Positions 8,842 through 16,815 of a stretch of DNA of 35,979 nucleotides are shown here, piece after piece. The translations under genes were made by a program, and so were the position numbers. The number at the start of each line of letters is the position of its first letter. The stretch's first letter is position 1. The notes under the pieces are model-generated. The model saw nothing but the letters and a program-made list of their open reading frames with translations. It had not been told where the DNA came from and searched no databases. This stretch comes from a bacterium (GTDB lineage Bacteria; Zhuqueibacterota; Zhuqueibacteria; Zhuqueibacterales; Zhuqueibacteraceae). The stretch is from NCBI GenBank assembly GCA_044869275.1, contig JBIOXB010000089.1:1-35979 (forward strand). Reading direction: 5' to 3'.

Positions 8842-9703
8842 GCACAAGCCCTCCTGGGTCTATCCTTTCAACTTCGCGCCCACGGAAGACTTTTCGGATT
8901 ACGGCCGCGACGAGCGCGGCGTGCCATTGGTTTTTTATCCGCATTTGCGGCGCTGGGTTTACAATCCCATCACGATTGCACAATACGGCTTGGCGTTTTT
9001 ATCGCGCCATGCCGAAAATCCGGATCCGCAAACCGCCGCCCGTGCGCGCACCATGGCGGATTGGCTCGCCGAAAACCTGGAGCAGTGGAAAAGAGACATC
9101 GGCGCCTGGGTGTACCGCTTCGATTTGCCTTTTTACGGACCCGTCGCACCCTGGATTTCCGCGATGGCGCAGGGCCAGGGCATTTCTTTGCTGTTGCGCA
9201 TTCATCAACTTTTTCCACACCCGGCTTATGAAGCTGCAGGCCGGCGGGCGGTTCGGGCATTTTATTATTCCATGGACGAGGGCGGCGTGGCGCGCGCATT
9301 TCCCGACGGCAGCCTGGCTTTTGAAGAATATACCACGGCCGAACCCTCACTCGTCCTCAACGGCATGTTGTTCGCGCTGCTGGGCTTGCATGACTATGCG
9401 GAATATTTCCAGGAGGCGCGGGCGCAGGAATGTTTTGACAGAGGCTGCGCCGGCGTCAAAGCCAATCTTTGGCGCTATGACACCGGCTATTGGAATCGTT
9501 ACGATCTGCACCACAGCCGTCGCTTGACTTCTCCGGACTATATTCGCATTCACGTGCAGCTTTTGCGCATTTTCGCCGGACTGCGACGGGAGGAGTTCTT
9601 TACGCAAACGGCGGAAAAATGGGAAAATTACCTGCAGGACCATTTTTGCCGCACGCGCTACCTCGCGGCCAAATGTCTGGAGAAAATCCGGTTATGGCTT
9701 TGA
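8822..9703 (+). CDS. D-glucuronyl C5-epimerase (GLCE C-terminal domain) family protein
   Basis: NPITIAQYGL, WISAMAQGQGISLLLR, FEEY, LNGMLFALLGL, YDTGYWNRYDL and YIRIHVQLL. ATG 8822 overlaps the upstream CDS by 20 nt. Confidence 0.88.
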   Translation: MFNQQNKHKPSWVYPFNFAPTEDFSDYGRDERGVPLVFYPHLRRWVYNPITIAQYGLAFLSRHAENPDPQTAARARTMADWLAENLEQWKRDIGAWVYRFDLPFYGPVAPWISAMAQGQGISLLLRIHQLFPHPAYEAAGRRAVRAFYYSMDEGGVARAFPDGSLAFEEYTTAEPSLVLNGMLFALLGLHDYAEYFQEARAQECFDRGCAGVKANLWRYDTGYWNRYDLHHSRRLTSPDYIRIHVQLLRIFAGLRREEFFTQTAEKWENYLQDHFCRTRYLAAKCLEKIRLWL

Positions 9704-9740
9704 TGCCAGTTGCTTTGATGGGCCCGAACATTTTTACAAT

Positions 9741-10451
9741 ATGAATGCGACCACGGCAAAATCGCGTGCCATTTACTTGACGATAGATACCGATTGGTGT
9801 GCGGAAGAAGTCTTGGAATTTACGCTTGCGCTTTTTCGCGACCGCGATTTGCCCTGCACGGTTTTTACCACGGGATATTATGCAGCCCTGTGCAACCCTG
9901 AAGCCCGGAGCTTGGAAATCGGCTGGCATCCGAATTTTAATGAGACCGCGCCCGAAAAATACCAGGACAAATTAAAAGCACTGCAACAGCTCTATCCGCA
10001 AGCGGCGGGCGTATCCAGCCATGCCATGACCAGTAATACGCCCTTGCTGCAGATCTTCCGGCAATTCGGTCTGCGTTACGACCGCAACCTCCTGCGTTAC
10101 AAAGATGCCCAGGCACAGCCATTCGTTTATCACAACGGCCTATTACGCCTGCCGATTTTTTGGGAGGACGATATCTGGTTCACACTCGAACCCGGAGCAC
10201 GCTTTTCGCCAAATCTATTCGCCCGTGAGCACTTCCGTTTGATTTTCAATTTTCATCCCATTCATTTGTACTTGAACACAGTGTCCATGGAACATTATCA
10301 AGCCTTCAAGCCTTATCAGCAGGAGCCGGAAAAATTGGCACCGTATCGCAGGAGCGGTTACGGCGCGCTCTCGTTTTTTGAAGAGGTGGCGGCGCACATT
10401 CAACGGGAGAATTTGGCGGCCGGTTTGTTGCGGGATTTTTTACCTGCATGA
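9741..10451 (+). CDS. Polysaccharide deacetylase/deformylase-like protein (NodB fold, WbmS-like)
   Basis: LTIDTDW, EIGWHPNF, SSH, PIFWEDD and FNFHPIH; the stop overlaps the next start (ATGA 10448-10451). Confidence 0.8.
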   Translation: MNATTAKSRAIYLTIDTDWCAEEVLEFTLALFRDRDLPCTVFTTGYYAALCNPEARSLEIGWHPNFNETAPEKYQDKLKALQQLYPQAAGVSSHAMTSNTPLLQIFRQFGLRYDRNLLRYKDAQAQPFVYHNGLLRLPIFWEDDIWFTLEPGARFSPNLFAREHFRLIFNFHPIHLYLNTVSMEHYQAFKPYQQEPEKLAPYRRSGYGALSFFEEVAAHIQRENLAAGLLRDFLPA

Positions 10452-11356
10452 GCCTCGTCTTCTTCGGCACCACGGATACGGGCTGGCATTGCCTCGATCA
10501 AATCGTGCGCGCCGGCTTGCCGGTGCGCGGCATTGTCACGGGCTTGCCGGAATTTGAAATTTCGTACGCCAAAGATAAAGTGCGGAATCTCCGCCATCGT
10601 TCCTTTCAGAATTTTCAAAGTGAATTCGGCATTCCGATCTTGACTTTCACGCGCAAGTTCGACGACGCCGTTTTGCAAACGCTGGCGAGCTGGCAGCCCG
10701 ATTTGCTCGTGGTGATTGGCTGGTACCATCTGATTCCCGCGCGCGTGCGCGAGTTGGCGCCTTTGGGCACCGTGGGCGTGCATTGGTCGCTCTTGCCGAA
10801 ATATCGCGGCGGCTCGCCGCTGGTTTGGGCCATCATCAATGGCGAAACCCAAACCGGTGCCTCGTTGTTTTATCTCGAGGAAAAAATTGACGCCGGAAAA
10901 ATTGTGGCGCAAACCGCGGTGTCAATCGGAGAACATGAAGAAGTCGGCGACTTAATCAGGAAACTAAATGAAGTTTCCGCCAGGCTTGCTGGCGAGCACA
11001 TTCCTAAAATTTTGCGCGGCACCGCCGCCGCGTGGGAGCAAGCAGAAGCCGACGCCACTTTCTTTCCAGCGCGCCTGCCGGAAGACGGAGAAATAGACTG
11101 GCACTGGCCGGCGCGCCGGATTTATGATTTCATCCGCGCGCAAACCCTGCCCTACCCTTGCGCCTTCACCTATTATGGCGGACACAAAATCAAGGTGGTG
11201 AAAGCCTCTTTGCAGCCGCAAACCGGCCTTCACGTTCGTGTGTGCGCCGGCGACGGCGCCTGGCTGGGGCTGGATCAACTTATCATTGATGATGAAGACG
11301 CCATTCGTCAAGCGCAACAATATTTTCAGCAAGCTGAGATTCGGTTTGATATGTGA
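10448..11356 (+). CDS. Formyltransferase (Fmt/ArnA fold), probably a sugar N-formyltransferase
   Basis: HWSLLPKYRGGSPLVWAIINGE, IDAG, PEDGEIDW and IRAQTLPYPCAF. It lacks the PD..GRG loop of tRNA Fmt and sits among glycan genes. Confidence 0.85.
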   Translation: MSLVFFGTTDTGWHCLDQIVRAGLPVRGIVTGLPEFEISYAKDKVRNLRHRSFQNFQSEFGIPILTFTRKFDDAVLQTLASWQPDLLVVIGWYHLIPARVRELAPLGTVGVHWSLLPKYRGGSPLVWAIINGETQTGASLFYLEEKIDAGKIVAQTAVSIGEHEEVGDLIRKLNEVSARLAGEHIPKILRGTAAAWEQAEADATFFPARLPEDGEIDWHWPARRIYDFIRAQTLPYPCAFTYYGGHKIKVVKASLQPQTGLHVRVCAGDGAWLGLDQLIIDDEDAIRQAQQYFQQAEIRFDM

Positions 11357-11374
11357 AGAAAAAGGGCCGTCATC

Positions 11375-11451
11375 ATCAGTGTTTCACAAATTGAACACTG
11401 ATCACTGATTACTGAACACTGCCATCCAGCATCAAGCAACCAGGATCCACT
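11375..11451. repeat. Intergenic heptamer repeats with hairpin
   Basis: AACACTG-ATCACTG-ATTACTG-AACACTG (11394-11421), then ATCCAGC-ATCAAGC-AACCAGG-ATCCACT (11424-11451). ATCAGTGTT (11375-11383) pairs with AACACTGAT (11394-11402). Confidence 0.7.
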
Positions 11452-11456
11452 TCATT

Positions 11457-12428
11457 ATGCCGAACACACTTTCAATCAAAGACAAATCCGTCCTCGTCAC
11501 CGGCGGCGCGGGGTTCATCGGCAGCCACTTGGTCGATGCCTTGTTGGCGCGGGAAGCAGGAACCGTGGTGGTGGTCGACAATCTGTTCCTCGGCGCGGTG
11601 GAGAACATCTCCGATGCGCTGCAGTCCGGGCGAGTATTTTTTCACCGCGAGGACGCAGCCGATCTATTCCTGATGGACCATTTGCTCGCGCAACATCACG
11701 TCGAAGTGGTTTTCAACCTCGCCACCAAGGCACTGTTGTACAGCTTTGAAAATCCCGAAGGCGCGTTTGGAGTGAACGTCGATATCATGCGCACGCTGCT
11801 CTATTTGCAGCGTAAGGGCGCTTTTCATACCCTCGTGCACTGTTCTTCTTCCGAGGCTTATGGCACTGCACAAATTTTTCCGATGGACGAGCATCATCCC
11901 TGCGTTCCCGCAACGCCCTATGCTGCGGGCAAGGCCGCGGCGGATTTGATGGCGCTGAGTTACGCGCATACGTTCGGCGCGGATTTGTCGATCATCCGGC
12001 CGTTCAACAATTATGGTCCGCGCCAGAACAAAGATCGCGGGCTGGAGGCGGTGATTCCCTTGACCGCCGCACGCCTGTTGCGCGGTGAAAGGCCGGTGAT
12101 TTACGGCGATGGCCAGCAAACCAGAGATTTTATCTACGTCGAAGATACCGTGCGCGGCCTGCTCGCAGCTTATGAATTTTCCGCCGCGCGCGGCCAAGTC
12201 ATCAATCTGGCTTCCGGCAGGGAAATCACCATTGCCGAAGTTATGCGCAGCATCTGCAATTATTTCGATTATCACGGTCCGCTGGAATATCGCGACGCGC
12301 GGCCCGCGGATGTGCGCCGCCACCGGGGCGACATTCGCCGCGCTCAGAAAATTTTGGGATTCGAGCCGAAAGTGAGTTTTGCGGAAGGATTGAAAAAGAC
12401 GTTGGATTGGTATACTCAAAGAACTTGA
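11457..12428 (+). CDS. NAD-dependent NDP-sugar epimerase/dehydratase (extended SDR)
   Basis: TGGAGFIG, SSSEAYG, YAAGK (YxxxK), RPFNNYGPRQ and GDGQQTRDFIYVED. Confidence 0.93.
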   Translation: MPNTLSIKDKSVLVTGGAGFIGSHLVDALLAREAGTVVVVDNLFLGAVENISDALQSGRVFFHREDAADLFLMDHLLAQHHVEVVFNLATKALLYSFENPEGAFGVNVDIMRTLLYLQRKGAFHTLVHCSSSEAYGTAQIFPMDEHHPCVPATPYAAGKAAADLMALSYAHTFGADLSIIRPFNNYGPRQNKDRGLEAVIPLTAARLLRGERPVIYGDGQQTRDFIYVEDTVRGLLAAYEFSAARGQVINLASGREITIAEVMRSICNYFDYHGPLEYRDARPADVRRHRGDIRRAQKILGFEPKVSFAEGLKKTLDWYTQRT

Positions 12429-12435
12429 CTTGACA

Positions 12436-13911
12436 ATGTTAAGTATGGGCACCAACAAAAAAGCATTCGTGGCGAGGTGTGGGATACCGCTCCTCGTTCT
12501 GCTGCTGATGCAAGAATTGCTGGCGCAGGCATTCCAAGACTTCCTGGATCAAGTGAACGCCGCTCCCGCGGACCAACGCGAGGCTATTGTCGACAGCTTC
12601 CTATCCGCCGTTGCGAAATTTCCACTCATCGAACGGGATACCGTCGCCCATTTTGTTTATCGCGGCCCGGCCAATAACCTGAACCTGGGCGGCGACCACA
12701 ATGATTGGAATCCCATGACGTTTCCGATGGAAAAACTTTCGACGACGAATCTTTGGTACCAAACTCTCATATTGGAATCTGACGCCCGGATTTTCTACAA
12801 GTTCGCGCGCAATGGCGGCGCCTGGATATTGGATGCACGCAATCCCGTGATCATCAATGATTGGGGTGCCGTGTACTCAGAATTGGCAATGCCGGATTAT
12901 GCTCCACCCCTCGAGGTCGAGTTTATCCCGAACCTCCCTCATGGGACTCTGCAAGACACCTCCTTCTTCAGCACGAATCTCAACAATTCCAGAACGATAA
13001 AAATCTACACGCCACCGTTCTACCAGACTTCAAACGAGCATTATCCGGTTATTCTGTTTGAGGATGGCTTGAATTATCTGAATGAGGGGCGCGCCCAAAA
13101 TATTATCGATTATCTCATTTTTAAGAATCGAATCCGGCCGCTCATCGCCGTCTTCGTTCCTCCCGTGCTCAGGAGCTTGGAGTACGCCGATGACTTGAGA
13201 GAGGAGTATATGGCATTTGTCGTTGAAGAGGTGATGCCCTGGGTCGATACGAGGTTCAGAACCTTGACTGATCCCGCCCATCGCGCGGTGATGGGGGCCT
13301 CCTACGGCGGGAATATCTCCCTCTGGATTGGCGTGAATCATCCCGAAGTCTTCGGGAACATCGGTGCACAATCGAGCAGGGTCAGAAGTTATGTATTGGA
13401 CGAATTTCGATCCCGGCCCAAACTGGAACTGAAGATTCATTTCGATATGGGCACGTATGATTTCGATTTTATGATTGCCGAGGTGGACAGTTTAGCGTCC
13501 TTTTTGGCGTCTCAAGGCTATGTGTACCAGCTGCTGCGCGTCAAAGAAGGACACAATTGGCGCAACTGGCGAGCTCGTGTTGACGATGCTCTGGAGTTTT
13601 TCTTTCCAAAAGAGGGGAATAGTGTTGAAAACCGCGATTCGGTTTCGCCAAAATTCACTTTGAGGCAAAATTATCCGAATCCATTCAATCCGGTGACCAC
13701 TCTCGGCTATTCCTTGCCCCAGGCTCAGAGGGTATCGCTCAAGGTTTATGATCTGGCGGGAAGGGAGATCGCAGTGTTAGTGAATGGGTTGCAAACGGCG
13801 GGAGAGTATAGCCTCATGTTCGATGGCGGCAATCTTCCCAGCGGCGTATTCTTCTACAAACTGACCACAGGTGCGTTCACCGCAATCAAAAAAATGGTGC
13901 TGATCAGATAA
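12436..13911 (+). CDS. Secreted Fes-like alpha/beta-hydrolase esterase with N-terminal Ig/CBM48-like domain and C-terminal T9SS type A sorting domain
   Basis: Signal-like LLVLLLMQELLAQA; GASYGG nucleophile elbow; EGHNW His; tail QNYPNPFNPVT...VYDLAGREI...LPSGVFFY...KMVLIR. Start uncertain (12430, 12436 or 12445). Confidence 0.88.
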   Translation: MLSMGTNKKAFVARCGIPLLVLLLMQELLAQAFQDFLDQVNAAPADQREAIVDSFLSAVAKFPLIERDTVAHFVYRGPANNLNLGGDHNDWNPMTFPMEKLSTTNLWYQTLILESDARIFYKFARNGGAWILDARNPVIINDWGAVYSELAMPDYAPPLEVEFIPNLPHGTLQDTSFFSTNLNNSRTIKIYTPPFYQTSNEHYPVILFEDGLNYLNEGRAQNIIDYLIFKNRIRPLIAVFVPPVLRSLEYADDLREEYMAFVVEEVMPWVDTRFRTLTDPAHRAVMGASYGGNISLWIGVNHPEVFGNIGAQSSRVRSYVLDEFRSRPKLELKIHFDMGTYDFDFMIAEVDSLASFLASQGYVYQLLRVKEGHNWRNWRARVDDALEFFFPKEGNSVENRDSVSPKFTLRQNYPNPFNPVTTLGYSLPQAQRVSLKVYDLAGREIAVLVNGLQTAGEYSLMFDGGNLPSGVFFYKLTTGAFTAIKKMVLIR

Positions 13912-13923
13912 GGACATTTGGTT

Positions 13924-13982
13924 ACTGACCGGTCACTACAGCACCGTCACAACAATACATGGCCCAGCAGTGACTGGTCAGT
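13924..13982. repeat. Inverted repeat between convergent genes
   Basis: ACTGACCGGTCACT (13924-13937) and AGTGACTGGTCAGT (13969-13982) pair at 13 of 14 positions. Confidence 0.6.
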
Positions 13983-13993
13983 TGATCTCAAAT

Positions 13994-14028
13994 AAAAAAA
14001 GCCTCTCGGGAGATGTGCACCGGGAGGC
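13994..14028 (-). terminator. Probable intrinsic terminator of the VIT-vWA gene
   Basis: On the - strand: GCCTCCCGG-N10-CCGAGAGGC followed by T7, about 50 bp past the stop codon. Confidence 0.6.
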
Positions 14029-14078
14029 CCTTTCGATACATGCGCGCGAGTTCTTTAACAAATGTTTGTGGCGCGATT

Positions 14079-16433
14079 TTACGGCTGAAACTCCAACGTC
14101 ACCGTGGCTTCGCCGCCGCTCTGCACGTTGGCGAATTGCCAGGCCTTCATTTTTTGGGTCAAGCAGGAGGTCAAGCTCTTGTTCTGCATTTCATCAGAAA
14201 CGACTTTGATCGCAGTGACCAAACCACGAGCATCGACACTGAACTGGATCACCAGTTTCCCGCCCAGTGCCGGTTGCGCGAGCAAAGCTTGATGGTAGCA
14301 CCCTTGTATCTCTCCGAGATGCTGTTGGATCATGGCTCGCACTGCGGCTTCAGACACTGCGCCGCGCCTCACTATTCTCACAACCTGTACGTTACCCGTA
14401 CTCACATCCCATCCTGCGACGTCGGGGCTTTCCGCTGATTTCAAGAGGTGGGAATCCAGTCTTTTGAGCTCACTGGCATTGCCCGCGCCTGCCGCCGCTC
14501 TCTGCATAAACAAGCCGGCCGGCGCCGCCGAGTTCAAAGCGACTGCCTGCACTTGCCCCACCGCATGATCCGACACGCCTTCTGGCAGCGGCAAAGGCTG
14601 CTCGATTCTGGTGACTTGCCCATCGCTCTTGCGCACTTTCGAATCGACGGCAACGAAAGAGGTGTACGCCGTCAGCAAGTTATATTGCATACCGAGATTG
14701 GTCACTTCCTCGACACGATCGGGGTCGTCGTTCAAAGCGTTGTAATCCGACAAGAGCGCGATGCGGTGCCGCGCCCAAAGATAGCGCAGGGCAGAATGAG
14801 CTGGTGACGATTGCGCCTCCGCCACATTAAGGCTCGCCGTATAGGCCTGCTCGCCGGTCACGCCGCTCAGCTTGATCGTGCCTCTCGCGGTGCCGCGCCA
14901 TTTGCCGAATACGATCACCGGCCGCTCAGCCAAGACCTCGGGAACGGCGGGCGGCTCAAGAGCATACGCGCTGAACTCGCCAAAATCGATCCGGACGCGC
15001 GCGAGCACCGGTGTTTGAACGTATTGGCGGAATTTCTCCGCTTCGCCCGAAGCTGCGTTGGGATTGGTGATGATGAACGGCTCGCCCATACCGCAACGCG
15101 CCATGCCTTCAATGAGATGGCGGTTTACGCTGCTGCCGATGCCGAATGCAAACATATTCGCCTCTCCGAGTTTTTGCCGAATGAGGTCGAAAACTTCGGC
15201 TTCAACGTTGACGAAACCATCGGTAGCGATGACCACGGTGCGCGAGGAGCCAAGTGCGCGCGGCAAAGCCAAAGCGCGCTGCAACGCCGGCAGAAGCTCG
15301 GTGCCGCCGCCGCCGCGTTGCTCGTCGATCACGCGCATGGCACGCTGAATATTCTCCGCCGTCGCCGGCACAGACGCTTCCGCCATGACGCTGGCGCTGC
15401 CGGCAAAAAGCACAACGTTGAATTTGTCATGGGACTGCAATCCTCCAATCAAATCTCGCAGCAGTTTTTTCGAAATCTCCAATGGAAAGCCGTGCATCGA
15501 GCCGGAGACATCGACGATGAAAATATATTCGCGCGGCGGAATCTGATTCGCAGCCACGCGCTTGGGCGGCTGCATCATCAATAGAAAGAAATTTTCATCT
15601 TGATGTTGATAGGTCAACAAGCCCGAAGCGATTTGCCCGCCGGCCAGGCGATACTTCAGAATGTAATCCCGATTGCCGCCGGATTTTTCGCTGTCGTCGA
15701 GCTTGATCGTCGCACGCGTCGGGCCGTCGTAATGGATATTCACTTTATGCGAGGCACAGGAGGCTTCCTGGATGGGCACGCCAGTAGCGAGATTCGCCGT
15801 GATCTCAAAATTGTAACTCGGCGCCTGCCCTTGCTTGAAATACGGGTTTTTGACCCATTTATCATTTACCGGCGCAGTGGCTTCGAGCTGGTTGGAATAA
15901 CGCGGCCCGACCACGGTGGGATAGACGAATTCATAAACGCCCTCCGTGGGCACGAGCAGCTCGGTATAGCTTAGCTCGACTTTAATTTCGTCGCCGGGTA
16001 AGAGATTGCCGACGTTCATTTGAAAAACGTTTGGGCGCTGCTGCTCCAATAGAGATGCGCTCTTCCCTTCTTCCAGGGCTTTTTGATACTCACGCCGCGC
16101 TTCTTCGCGCTTGCCGATTTTGGCGACGATGGTACGATCTCCGATGGTCATCCTCATGCCATACACCGCCGCGCGCGTAGAGGCCGGGAAAATATAAACT
16201 GCTTCCAGCGGGCGCTTGCCTTCGTTTCGATAAACCTGCACGACCTTGACATCGGCAATCACGCCGGCGATGTTGACTTCAGCCGAGGTCGATTTGAGCG
16301 GCAGTTGATCCAAATTCGGATCATCGCTTTTCACAAAAAAATAGGGGGAAAGCGTCTGGTCGGCGCTTTCCATTTCTTGGGCGCAGGCTATCCCCGCCGC
16401 CAGCGCCATCAAACAGAAAACTCTCCAATACAT
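14079..16433 (-). CDS. Exported VIT + von Willebrand A protein with C-terminal AgmX/PglI (TonB-C-like) domain
   Basis: Signal MYWRVFCLMALAAGIACA|Q; VIT (PLEAVYIFP...ASLLEQQRPNVF); MIDAS DVSGS...GT...TDG; LLTAYTSFVAVD; tail IQGCYHQAL...GKLVIQFSVDARGLV...SCL...AWQF. Alternative start at 16496. Confidence 0.88.
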   Translation of the reverse strand: MYWRVFCLMALAAGIACAQEMESADQTLSPYFFVKSDDPNLDQLPLKSTSAEVNIAGVIADVKVVQVYRNEGKRPLEAVYIFPASTRAAVYGMRMTIGDRTIVAKIGKREEARREYQKALEEGKSASLLEQQRPNVFQMNVGNLLPGDEIKVELSYTELLVPTEGVYEFVYPTVVGPRYSNQLEATAPVNDKWVKNPYFKQGQAPSYNFEITANLATGVPIQEASCASHKVNIHYDGPTRATIKLDDSEKSGGNRDYILKYRLAGGQIASGLLTYQHQDENFFLLMMQPPKRVAANQIPPREYIFIVDVSGSMHGFPLEISKKLLRDLIGGLQSHDKFNVVLFAGSASVMAEASVPATAENIQRAMRVIDEQRGGGGTELLPALQRALALPRALGSSRTVVIATDGFVNVEAEVFDLIRQKLGEANMFAFGIGSSVNRHLIEGMARCGMGEPFIITNPNAASGEAEKFRQYVQTPVLARVRIDFGEFSAYALEPPAVPEVLAERPVIVFGKWRGTARGTIKLSGVTGEQAYTASLNVAEAQSSPAHSALRYLWARHRIALLSDYNALNDDPDRVEEVTNLGMQYNLLTAYTSFVAVDSKVRKSDGQVTRIEQPLPLPEGVSDHAVGQVQAVALNSAAPAGLFMQRAAAGAGNASELKRLDSHLLKSAESPDVAGWDVSTGNVQVVRIVRRGAVSEAAVRAMIQQHLGEIQGCYHQALLAQPALGGKLVIQFSVDARGLVTAIKVVSDEMQNKSLTSCLTQKMKAWQFANVQSGGEATVTLEFQP

Positions 16434-16512
16434 TTTTGACTCCCGAAAGATTGGTGGTAAAGCAGGGGCAACATCGATTGATTCAAGGCCGGCCATTTTG
16501 ATTTCTGCGTGT

Positions 16513-16539
16513 AATACGCCCTCACTCAGGGATTATTCC
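16513..16539 (-). promoter_or_regulatory. Putative ECF-sigma promoter for the VIT-vWA gene
   Basis: GGAATA-N15-CGTATT on the - strand. Confidence 0.4.
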
Positions 16540-16585
16540 CGCCGGTATGCAAAAATTTTCCCTACCAAAAAATGTGGTAGCCGGC

Positions 16586-16614
16586 TGCAACCCTTTGCGC
16601 ATGATGCGTGTCAT
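16586..16614 (+). promoter_or_regulatory. Putative ECF-sigma promoter for the DUF5916 gene
   Basis: TGCAAC-N17-TGTCAT on the + strand. Confidence 0.4.
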
Positions 16615-16815
16615 ATAAAGTGCACGCTGCACTAAAAGCCGCCCAATTGCTGAGGAATAGCCCAAGCCGCAAATACTTGCCTCACGCTAAAATTGCAAAT
16701 ATTTGCATCAGATTGGCATCTCGCGCCAGCCTGCTTTGCGGGCACGGCTAACGGAAGATTTCTCGATCATCTGATGAAAAACCAGGTCACGGAAAGCTTG
16801 TCACGGAGTTTTGGC

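Noticed and set aside
10448..11356. Calling this gene fmt (Met-tRNA formyltransferase)
   Set aside because: It lacks the tRNA-Fmt N-terminal loop motif and lies in a sugar-modification cluster.
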